Assembly: GCA_002189035.1 (NCBI GenBank)
Contig: NEEC01000381.1
Coordinates: 1-24,626, forward strand
DNA length: 24,626 nt
Reading direction: 5' to 3'
DNA from: Utricularia gibba
Taxonomy: Eukaryota > Plantae > Magnoliophyta
Part shown: positions 1 to 11,117 of the stretch, piece after piece
How the letters are laid out: each line of letters starts with the position of its first letter
Position numbering within the stretch: the first letter of the stretch is position 1
Notes under the pieces: model-generated
What the model saw: only the letters and a program-made list of their open reading frames with translations
What the model was told of the DNA's origin: nothing
Database searches by the model: none
Made by a program: the position numbers and the translations under genes

Positions 1-1230
1 AGAGTTAGTTGTACCGGCAAATAAAGTGATTATTTATTAACGTTCAGTTTTCGGGGCTGCCTACATGGTTTTTCAAGGAACAGCTTCTCGTTTTGTGGCG
101 CCAGTCTCGCTGGGAACTTGGTCCTTGACCCCGATTATGTATGGCTCATGAGGTCAACCGGATGCAAATCGATTAAAAAAATGATGCCTTTGTTTAAATT
201 ACGATATCACGTGCACCCCACATGATTTTTTCAACAACTTACTTTATACTTGAGGAGGCGGTCTTGGGGTGCGGGACAAAGGTCAGGTTTGGCTTGCGCC
301 GAGAGTTAGTTGTAGCTCGGAAAATAAAGTGATGTATTTATTAACGTTCAGTTTTCGGGGGCTGCCTACATGGTTTTTCAAGAACAGCTTCTCGTTTTGT
401 GGCGGCCAGTCTCGCTGGGAACTTGGTCCTTGACCCCGATGTATGCTCATGAGGTCAACCGGATGCAAATCGATTAAAAAAATGATGCCTTTGTTTAAAT
501 TACGATATCACGTGCACCCCACATGATTTTTTCAACAACTTACTTTATACTTGGGAGGCGGTCTTGGGGTGCACCTAGAACGGACAAAGGTCAGGTTTGG
601 CTTGCGCCGAGAGTTAGTTGTAACTCGGCAAATAAAGTGATGTATTTATTAACGTTCAGTTTTCGGGGGCTGCCTACATGGTTTTTCAAGGAACAGCTTC
701 TCGTTTTGTGGCGGCCAGTCTCGCTGGGAACTTGGTCGACCCCGATTATGTATTGCTCATGAGGTCAACCGGATGCAAATCGATTAAAAAAAATGATGCC
801 TTTGTTTAAATTACGATATCACGTGCACCCCACATGATTTTTTCAACAACTTACTTTATACTTGTGGAGGCGGTCTTGGGGTGCACCTAGAACGGACAAA
901 GGTCAGGTTTGGCTTGCGCCGAGTTAGTTGTAGCTCGGCAAATAAAGTGATGTATTTATTAACGTTCAGTTTTCGGGGGCTGCCTACATGGTTTTTCAAG
1001 GAACAGCTTCTCTTTTGTGGCGGCCAGTCTCGCTGGGAACTTGGTCCTTGACCCCGATTATGTGGCTCATGAGGTCAACCGGATGCAAATCGATTAAAAA
1101 AAATGATGCCTTTGTTTAAATTACGATATCACGTGCACCCACATGATTTTTTCAACAACTTACTTTATACTTGAGGAGGCGGTCTTGGGGTGCACCTAGA
1201 ACGGGACAAAGGTCAGGTTTGGCTTGCGCC

Positions 1231-1506
1231 GAGAGTTAGTTGTAGCCGGCAAATAAAGTGATGTATTTATTAACGTTCAGTTTTCGGGGGCTGCCTACAT
1301 GGTTTTTCAAGGAACAGCTTCTCGTTTTGTGGCGGCCAGTCTCGCTGGGAACTTGGTCCTTGACCCCGATTCTTTGCTCATGAGGTCAACCGGATGAAAT
1401 CTTTGATTACGATATCACGTGCACCCACATGATTTTTCAACAACTTGCTTTATACTTGTGGTGGGGTGCACCTGGAACGGGACAAAGGTCAGGTTTGGCT
1501 TGCGCC
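1231..1506 (+). repeat. Degraded monomer (~276 nt) with several multi-base deletions
   Basis: At about 1396-1410 it lacks ~18 nt spanning the A-tract plus TTTAA, and at about 1460 it lacks ~10 nt (AGGCGGTCT). These could be real deletions or a low-quality read segment. Confidence 0.7.
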
Positions 1507-4500
1507 GAGAGTTAGTTGTACACGGCAAATAAAGTGATGTATTTATTAACGTTCAGTTTTGGGGGCTGCCTACATGGTTTTTCAAGGAACAGCTTCTCGT
1601 TTTGTGGCGGCCAGTCTCGCTGGGAACTTGGTCCTTGACCCCGATTATGTATGCTCATGAGGTCAACCGGATGCAAATCGATTAAAAAATGATGCCTTTG
1701 TTTAAATTACGATATCACGTGCACCCCACATGATTTTTTCAACAACTTGCTTTATACTTGTGGAGGCGGTCTTGGGGTGCACCTGGAACGGGACAAAGGT
1801 CAGGTTTGGCTTGCGCCGAGAGTTAGTTGTAACACGGCAAATAAAGTGATGTATTTATTAACGTTCAGTTTTCGGGGCTGCCTACATGGTTTTTCAAGGA
1901 ACAGCTTCTCTTTTGTGGCGCCAGTCTCGCTGGGAACTTGGTCCTTGACCCCGATTATGTATGCTCATGAGGTCAACCGGATGCAAATCGATTAAAAAAA
2001 AATGATGCCTTTGTTTAAATTACGATATCACGTGCACCCCACATGATTTTTTCAACAACTTACTTTATACTTGAGGAGGCGGTCTTGGGTGCACCTAGAA
2101 CGGACAAAGGTCAGGTTTGGCTTGCGCCGAGAGTTAGTTGTAGCTCGGAAAATAAAGTGATATTTATTAACGTTCAGTTTTTGGGGGCTGCCTACATGGT
2201 TTTTCAAGGAACAGCTTCTCGTTTTGTGGCGGCCAGTCTCGCTGGGAACTTGGTCCTTGACCCCGATTATGTATTGCTCATGAGGTCAACCGGATGCAAA
2301 TCGATTAAAAAAAAATGTTTTACGATATCACGTGCACCCCACATGATTTTTTCAACAACTTACTTTATACTTGAGGAGGCGGTCTTGGGGTGCACCTAGA
2401 ACGGGACAAAGGTCAGGTTTGGCTTGCGCCGAGAGTTAGTTAGCTCGGAAAATAAAGATGTATTTATTAACGTTCAGTTTTGGGGGCTGCCTACATGGTT
2501 TTTCAAGGAACAGCTTCTCGTTTTGTGGCGGCCAGTCTCGCTGGGAACTTGGTCCTTGACCCCGATTATGTATGGCTCATGAGGTCAACCGGATGCAAAT
2601 CGATTAAAAAAATGATGCCTTTGTTTAAATTACGATATCACGTGCACCCCACATTTTTTCAACAACTTACTTTATACTTGAGGAGGCGGTCTTGGGGTGC
2701 AGAACGGGACAAAGGTCAGTTGGCTTGCGCCGAGAGTTAGTTGTAGCCGGCAAATAAAGTGATGTATTTATTAAACGTTCAGTTTTCGGGGGCTGCCTAC
2801 ATGGTTCAAGGAACAGCTTCTCGTTTTGTGGCGGCCAGTCTCGCTGGAACTTGGTCCTTGACCCGATTATGTATGGCTCATGAGGTCAACCGGATGCAAA
2901 TCGATTAAAAAAATGATGCCTTTGTTTAAATTACGATATCACGTGCACCCACATGATTTTTTCAACAACTTACTTTATACTTGGGAGGCGGTCTTGGGGT
3001 GCACCTAGAACGGGACAAAGGTCAGGTTTGGCTTGCGCCGAGAGTTAGTTGTAGCCGGCAAATAAAGTGATGTATTTATTAACGTTCAGTTTTCGGGGGC
3101 TGCCTACATGGTTTTTCAAGGAACAGCTTCTCGTTTTGTGGCGGCCAGTCTCGCTGGGAACTTGGTCCTTGACCCCGATTATGTATTGCTCATGAGGTCA
3201 ACCGGATGCAAATCGATTAAAAAAATGATGCTTTGTTTAAATTACGATATCACGTGCACCCCACATGATTTTTTCAACAACTTACTTTATACTTGAGGAG
3301 GCGGTCTTGGGGTGCACCTAGAACGGACAAAGGTCAGGTTTGGCTTGCGCCGAGAGTTAGTTGTACTCGGCAAATAAAGTGATGTATTTATTAACGTTCA
3401 GTTTTCGGGGGCTGCCTACATGGTTTTTCAAGGAACAGCTTCTCGTTTTGTGGCGGCCAGTCTCGCTGGAACTTGGTCCTTGACCCCGATTATGTATGCT
3501 CATGAGGTCAACCGGATGCAAATCGATTAAAAAAAATGATGCCTTTGTTTAAATTACGATATCACGTGCACCCCACATGATTTTTTCAACAACTTACTTT
3601 ATACTTGTGGAGGCGGTCTTGGGGTGCACCTGGAACGGGACAAAGGTCAGGTTTGGCTTGCGCCGAGAGTTAGTTGTAACACGGCAAATAAAGTGATGTA
3701 TTTATTAACGTTCAGTTTTCGGGGCTGCCTACATGGTTTTTCAAGGAACAGCTTCTCGTTTTGTGGCGGCCAGTCTCGCTGGGAACTTGGTCCTTGACCC
3801 CGATTATGTATTGCTCATGAGGTCAACCGGATGCAAATGATTAAAAAATGATGCCTTTGTTTAAATTACGATATCACGTGCACCCCACATGATTTTTTCA
3901 ACAACTTACTTTATACTTGTGGAGCGGTCTTGGGGTGCACCTGGAACGGGACAAAGGTCAGGTTTGGCTTGCGCCGAGAGTTAGTTGTAACTCGGCAAAT
4001 AAAGTGATGTATTTATTAACGTTCAGTTTTGGGGGCTGCCTACATGGTTTTTCAAGGAACAGCTTCTCTTTTGTGGCGGCCAGTCTCGCTGGGAACTTGG
4101 TCCTTGACCCCGATTATGTATTGCTCATGAGGTCAACCGGATGCAAATGATTAAAAAAAATGATGCTTTGTTTAAATTACGATATCACGTGCACCCCACA
4201 TGATTTTTTCAACAACTTACTTTATACTTGAGGAGCGGTCTTGGGGTGCAAGAGAACGGGACAAAGGTCAGGTTTGGCTTGCGCCGAGAGTTAGTTGTAG
4301 CGGCAAATAAAGTGATGTATTTATTAACGTTCAGTTTTCGGGGGCTGCCTACATGGTTTTCAAGGAACAGCTTCTCGTTTTGTGGCGGCCAGTCTCGCTG
4401 GGAACTTGGTCCTTGACCCCGATTATGTATGCTCATGAGGTCAACCGGATGCAAATCGATTAAAAAAAATGATGCCTTTGTTTAAATTACGATATCACGT

Positions 4501-7500
4501 GCACCCACATGATTTTTTCAACAACTTACTTTATTTGAGGGCGGTCTTGGGGTGCACCTAGAACGGGACAAAGGTCAGGTTTGGCTTGCGCCGAGAGTTA
4601 GTTGTAGCTCGGAAAATAAAGTGATGTATTTATTAACGTTCAGTTTTCGGGGGCTGCCTACATGGTTTTTCAAGGAACAGCTTCTCGTTTTGTGGCGGCC
4701 AGTCTCGCTGGGAACTTGGTCCTTGACCCCGATTATGTATGGCTCATGAGGTCAACCGGATGGAAATCGATTAAAAAAATGATGCCTTTGTTTAAATTAC
4801 GATATCACGTGCACCCCACATGATTTTTTCAACAACTTATATACTTGAGGCGGTCTTGGGGTGCACCTAGAACGGGACAAAGGTCAGGTTTGGCTTGCGC
4901 CGAGAGTTAGTTGTAGCTCGGCAAATAAAGTGATGTATTTATTAACGTTCAGTTTTCGGGGCTGCCTACATGGTTTTTCAAGGAACAGCTTCTCGTTTTG
5001 TGGCGGCCAGTCTCGCTGGGAACTTGGTCCTTGACCCCGATTGTATGGCTCATGAGGTCAACCGGATGCAAATCGATTAAAAAAATGATGCCTTTGTTTA
5101 AATTACGATATCACGTGCACCCCACATGATTTTTTCAACAACTTACTTTATACTTGAGGAGGCGGTCTTGGGTGCACCTAGAACGGGACAAAGGTCAGGT
5201 TTGGCTTGCGCCGAGAGTAGTTGTAGCTCGGCAAATAAAGTGATGTATTTATTAACGTTCAGTTTTCGGGGCTGCCTACATGGTTTTTCAAGGAACAGCT
5301 TCTCGTTTTGTGGCGGCCAGTCTCGCTGGGAACTTGGTCCTTGACCCCGATTATGTATGGCTCATGAGGTCAACCGGATGGAAATCGATTAAAAAAATGA
5401 TGCCTTTCTTTAAATTACGATATCACGTGCACCCCACATGATTTTTCAACAACTTGCTTTATACTTGTGGAGGCGGTCTTGGGGTGCACCTAGAACGGGA
5501 CAAAGGTCAGGTTTGGCTTGCGCCGAGAGTTAGTTGTAACTCGGCAAATAAAGTGATGTATTTATTACGTTCAGTTTTCGGGGGCTGCCTACATGGTTTT
5601 TCAAGGAACAGCTTCTCGTTTTGTGGCGGCCAGTCTCGCTGGGAACTTGGTCCTTGACCCGATTATGTATGCTCATGAGGTCAACCGGATGCAAATTGAT
5701 TAAAAAAATGATGCCTTTGTTTAAATTACGATATCACGTGCACCCACATGATTTTTTCAACAACTTACTTTATACTTGAGGAGGCGGTCTTGGGGTGCAC
5801 CTAGAACGGGACAAAGGTCAGGTTTGGCTTGCGCCGAGAGTTAGTTGTAACTCGGCAAATAAAGTGATGTATTTATTAACGTTCAGTTTTCGGGGCTGCC
5901 TACATGGTTTTTCAAGGAACAGCTTCTCTTTTGTGGCGGCCAGTCTCGCTGGGAACTTGGTCCTTGACCCCGATTATGTATTGCTCATGAGGTCAACCGG
6001 ATGCAAATCGATTAAAAAAAATGATGCCTTTGTTTAAATTACGATATCACGTGCACCCCACATGATTTTTTCAACAACTTACTTTATACTTGAGGAGGCG
6101 GTCTTGGGGTGCAAAGAACGGGACAAAGGTCAGGTTTGGCTTGCGCCGAGAGTTAGTTGTAGCTCGGCAAATAAAGTGATGTATTTATTAACGTTCAGTT
6201 TTCGGGGGCTGCCTACATGGTTTTTCAAGGAACAGCTTCTCGTTTTGTGGCGGCCAGTCTCGCTGGGAACTTGGTCCTTGACCCCGATTATGTATGCTCA
6301 TGAGGTCAACCGGATGCAAATCGATTAAAAAATGATGCCTTTGTTTAAATTACGATATCACGTGCACCCCACATGATTTTTTCAACAACTTACTTTATAC
6401 TTGAGGAGGCGGTCTTGGGGTGCACCTGGAACGGGACAAAGGTCAGGTTTGGCTTGCGCCGAGAGTTAGTTGTAGCTCGGCAAATAAAGTGATGTATTTA
6501 TTAACGTTCAGTTTTCGGGGGCTGCCTACATGGTTTTTCAAGAACAGCTTCTCGTTTTGTGGCGGCCAGTCTCGCTGGGAACTTGGTCCTTGACCCCGAT
6601 TCTGTATGGCTCATGAGGTCAACCGGATGCAAATCGATTAAAAAAATGATGCCTTTGTTTAAATTACGATATCACGTGCACCCCACATGATTTTTTCAAC
6701 AACTTACTTTATACTTGAGGAGGCGGTCTTGGGGTGCACTAGAACGGGACAAAGGTCAGTTTGGCTTGCGCCGAGTTAGTTGTAGCGGCAAATAAAGTGA
6801 TGTATTTATTAACGTTCAGTTTTGGGGCTGCCTACATGGTTTTTCAAGGAACAGCTTCTCGTTTTGTGGCGGCCAGTCTCGCTGGGAACTTGGTCCTTGA
6901 CCCCGATTATGTATGGCTCATGAGGTCAACCGGATGAAATCGATTAAAAAAATGATGCCTTTGTTTAAATTACGATATCACGTGCACCCCACATGATTTT
7001 TTCAACAACTTACTTTATACTTGAGGAGGCGGTCTTGGGTGCACCTAGAACGGGACAAAGGTCAGGTTTGGCTTGCGCCGAGAGTTAGTTGTACTCGGAA
7101 AATAAAGTGATGTATTTATTAACGTTCAGTTTTCGGGGGCTGCCTACATGGTTTTTCAAGGAACAGCTTCTCGTTTTGTGGCGGCCAGTCTCGCTGGGAA
7201 CTTGGTCCTTGACCCCGATTATGTATGGCTCATGAGGTCAACCGGATGCAAATCGATTAAAAAAATGATGCCTTTGTTTAAATTACGATATCACGTGCAC
7301 CCCACATGATTTTTTCAACAACTTACTTTATACTTGAGGAGGCGGTCTTGGGGTGCACCTAGAACGGGACAAAGGTCAGGTTTGGCTTGCGCCGAGAGTT
7401 AGTTGTAGCTCGGCAAATAAAGTGATGTATTTATTAACGTTCAGTTTTCGGGGGCTGCCTACATGGTTTTTCAAGGAACAGCTTCTCGTTTTGTGGCGGC

Positions 7501-10500
7501 CAGTCTCGCTGGGAACTTGGTCCTTGACCCCGATTCTGTATGGCTCATGAGGTCAACCGGATGCAAATCGATTAAAAAAATGATGCCTTTGTTTAAATTA
7601 CGATATCACGTGCACCCACATGATTTTTTCAACAACTTACTTTATACTTGAGGAGGCGGTCTTGGGGTGCACCTAGAACGGGACAAAGGTCAGGTTTGGC
7701 TTGCGCCGAGAGTTAGTTGTAGCTCGGCAAATAAAGTGATGTATTTATTAACGTTCAGTTTTCGGGGGCTGCCTACATGGTTTTTCAAGGAACAGCTTCT
7801 CGTTTGTGGCGGCCAGTCTCGCTGGGAACTTGGTCCTTGACCCCGATTATGTATGGCTCATGAGGTCAACCGGATGCAAATCGATTAAAAAAATGATGCC
7901 TTTTTAAATTACGATATCACGTGCACCCACATGATTTTTTCAACAACTTACTTTATACTTGTGGAGGCGGTCTTGGGGTGCACCTAGAACGGGACAAAGG
8001 TCAGGTTTGGCTTGCGCCGAGAGTTAGTTGTAGCTCGGCAAATAAAGTGATGTATTTATTAACGTTCAGTTTTCGGGGGCTGCCTACATGGTTTTTCAAG
8101 GAACAGCTTCTCGTTTTGTGGCGGCCAGTCTCGCTGGGAACTTGGTCCTTGACCCCGATTATGTATTGCTCATGAGGTCAACCGGATGCAAATCGATTAA
8201 AAAAATGATGCCTTTGTTTAAATTACGATATCACGTGCACCCCACATGATTTTTTCAACAACTTGCTTTATACTTGAGGAGGCGGTCTTGGGGTGCACCT
8301 AGAACGGGACAAAGGTCAGGTTTGGCTTGCGCCGAGAGTTAGTTGTAGCTCGGAAATAAAGTGATGTATTTATTAACGTTCAGTTTTCGGGGGCTGCCTA
8401 CATGGTTTTTCAAGGAACAGCTTCTCGTTTTTGTGGCGGCCAGTCTCGCTGGGAACTTGGTCCTTGACCCCGATTATGTATGCTCATGAGGTCAACCGGA
8501 TGCAAATCGATTAAAAAAATGATGCCTTTGTTTAAATTACGATATCACGTGCACCCCACATGATTTTTTCAACAACTTACTTTATACTTGGAGGCGGTCT
8601 TGGGGTGCACCTAGAACGGGACAAAGGTCAGGTTTGGCTTGCGCCGAGAGTTAGTTGTAGCTCGGCAAATAAAGTGATGTATTTATTAACGTTCAGTTTT
8701 CGGGGCTGCCTACATGGTTTTTCAAGGAACAGCTTCTCTTTTGTGGCGGCCAGTCTCGCTGGGAACTTGGTCCTTGACCCCGATTATGTATTGCTCATGA
8801 GGTCAACCGGATGCAAAATTAAAAAAATGATGCCTTTGTTTAAATTACGATATCACGTGCACCCCACATGATTTTTTCAACAACTTACTTTATACTTGAG
8901 GAGGCGGTCTTGGGGTGCACCTAGAACGGGACAAAGGTCAGGTTTGGCTTGCGCCGAGAGTTAGTTGTAGCTCGGCAAATAAAGTGATGTATTTATTAAC
9001 GTTCAGTTTTCGGGGCTGCCTACATGGTTTTTCAAGGAACAGCTTCTCGTTTTGTGGCGGCCAGTCTCGCTGGGAACTTGGTCCTTGACCCCGATTATGT
9101 ATGCTCATGAGGTCAACCGGATGCAAATCGATTAAAAAAAATGATGCCTTTGTTTAAATTACGATATCACGTGCACCCCACATGATTTTTTCAACAACTT
9201 ACTTTATACTTGAGGAGGCGGTCTTGGGGTGCACCTAGAACGGGACAAAGGTCAGGTTTGGCTTGCGCCGAGAGTTAGTTGTAGCTCGGAAAATAAAGTG
9301 ATGTATTTATTAACGTTCAGTTTTTGGGGCTGCCTACATGGTTTTTCAAGGAACAGCTTCTCGTTTTGTGGCGGCCAGTCTCGCTGGGAACTTGGTCCTT
9401 GACCCCGATTATGTATGGCTCATGAGGTCAACCGGATGCAAATCGATTAAAAAAAAATGATGCCTTTGTTTAAATTACGATATCACGTGCACCCCACATG
9501 ATTTTTTCAACAACTTACTTTATACTTGAGGAGGCGGTCTTGGGGTGCACCTAGAACGGGACAAAGGTCAGGTTTGGCTTGCGCCGAGAGTTAGTTGTAG
9601 CTCGGCAAATAAAGTGATGTATTTATTAACGTTCAGTTTTCGGGGGCTGCCTACATGGTTTTTCAAGGAACAGCTTCTCGTTTTGTGGCGGCCAGTCTCG
9701 CTGGGAACTTGGTCCTTGACCCCGATTATGTATGCTCATGAGGTCAACCGGATGCAAATCGATTAAAAAAAATGATGCCTTTGTTTTAAATTACGATATC
9801 ACGTGCACCCCACATGATTTTTTCAACAACTTACTTTATACTTGAGGAGGCGGTCTTGGGGTGCAAGAACGGACAAAGGTCAGGTTTGGCTTGCGCCGAG
9901 AGTTAGTTGTAGCGGCAAATAAAGTGATGTATTTATTAACGTTCAGTTTTCGGGGGCTGCCTACATGGTTTTTCAAGGAACAGCTTCTCGTTTTGTGGCG
10001 GCCAGTCTCGCTGGGAACTTGGTCCTTGACCCCGATTATGTATGGCTCATGAGGTCAACCGGATGCAAATCGATTAAAAAAAATGATGCCTTTTTTAAAT
10101 TACGATATCACGTGCACCCCACATGATTTTTTCAACAACTTACTTTATACTTGGGAGGCGGTCTTGGGTGCACCTAGAACGGGACAAAGGTCAGGTTTGG
10201 CTTGCGCCGAGAGTTAGTTGTAGCTCGGCAAATAAAGTGATGTATTTATTAACGTTCAGTTTTCGGGGCTGCCTACATGGTTTTTCAAGGAACAGCTTCT
10301 CGTTTTGTGGCGGCCAGTCTCGCTGGGAACTTGGTCCTTGACCCCGATTATGTATTGCTCATGAGGTCAACCGGATGCAAATCGATTAAAAAAATGATGC
10401 TTTGTTTTAAATTACGATATCACGTGCACCCCACATGATTTTTTCAACAACTTACTTTATACTTGAGGAGGCGGTCTTGGGGTGCACCTAGAACGGGACA

Positions 10501-10746
10501 AAGGTCAGGTTTGGCTTGCGCCGAGAGTTAGTTGTAACTCGGCAAATAAAGTGATGTATTTATTAACGTTCAGTTTTCGGGGCTGCCTACATGGTTTTTC
10601 AAGGAACAGCTTCTCGTTTTGTGGCGGCCAGTCTCGCTGGGAACTTGGTCCTTGACCCCGATTATGTATTGCTCATGAGGTCAACCGGATGCAAATGATT
10701 AAAAAAAATGATGCCTTTGTTTAAATTACGATATCACGTGCACCCC

Positions 10747-10903
10747 ACATGATTTTTTCAACAACTTACTTTATACTTGAGGAGGCGGTCTTGGGGTGCA
10801 CCTAGAACGGGACAAAGGTCAGGTTTGGCTTGCGCCGAGAGTTAGTTGTAGCTCGGCAAATAAAGTGATGTATTTATTAACGTTCAGTTTTCGGGGGCTG
10901 CCT
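10747..10903 (+). repeat. Subunit B (157 nt) of the dimeric monomer, starting ACATGATTTTTTCAA
   Basis: Aligns to the adjacent subunit A with one gap and about 86/158 identities by hand count, e.g. TTGAGGAGGC-GGTCT vs TTGTGGCGGCCAGTCT, GGTTTGGCT vs TGTATGGCT, AAATAAAGTGATG vs TAAAAAAATGATG. Confidence 0.85.
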
Positions 10904-11062
10904 ACATGGTTTTTCAAGGAACAGCTTCTCGTTTTGTGGCGGCCAGTCTCGCTGGGAACTTGGTCCTTGACCCCGATTATGTATGGCTCATGAGGTCAAC
11001 CGGATGCAAATCGATTAAAAAAAATGATGCCTTTGTTTAAATTACGATATCACGTGCACCCC
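10904..11062 (+). repeat. Subunit A (158 nt in consensus, 159 here) of the dimeric monomer, starting ACATGGTTTTTCAA
   Basis: Starts 157 nt after the paralogous ACATGATTTTTTCAA of subunit B and stays colinear with B over its whole length. Confidence 0.85.
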
Positions 11063-11117
11063 ACATGATTTTTTCAACAACTTACTTTATACTTGAGGAG
11101 GCGGTCTTGGGGTGCAC
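11054..11117. repeat. Perfect 10-bp inverted repeat GTGCACCCCA / TGGGGTGCAC with a 44-nt spacer (once per monomer)
   Basis: Arms at 11054-11063 and 11108-11117 are exact reverse complements; the same pair is at 7295-7304 and 7349-7358 and in most units. Confidence 0.9.

Noticed and set aside
10828-10856. Resemblance of GCTTGCGCCGAGAGTTAGTTGTAG to the middle of plant 5S rRNA (GCTTGGGCGAGAGTAGTACTAG, from memory)
   Set aside because: The similarity covers only ~25-30 nt and needs two gaps. It does not extend into the A box, C box or gene ends, and the paralogous position in the other subunit shows none. Treated as chance unless an Rfam 5S search says otherwise.
10984-11016. Hammerhead-like CTCATGAG...G(C/G)AAA; viroid, retrozyme or satellite-RNA multimer
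   Set aside because: The conserved core CUGANGA is not present on either strand (CTCATGA has C at the invariant G), GAAA appears only in a minor allele, and I found no flanking stems. The monomer lacks the extensive self-complementarity of rod-like viroids and has no pospiviroid central conserved region. A covariance-model search (Infernal/Rfam) would settle it.
10858-11088. Phased A/T tracts causing DNA curvature
   Set aside because: T-tracts at consensus positions 52, 74 and 96 are 22 nt apart, but the other tracts do not hold a consistent 10-11-nt phase by eye, so I cannot support it without a curvature calculation.
10859-11093. AATAAA poly(A) signals on both strands, a TATAAA on the minus strand, AGGTCA half-sites and a TTGACC W-box
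   Set aside because: These are isolated hexamers expected by chance in AT-rich tracts, with no associated gene or coherent promoter architecture.
11054-11117. MITE bounded by the 10-bp inverted repeat
   Set aside because: There is no target-site duplication, and the enclosed sequence is colinear with the sister subunit, so it is not an insertion.
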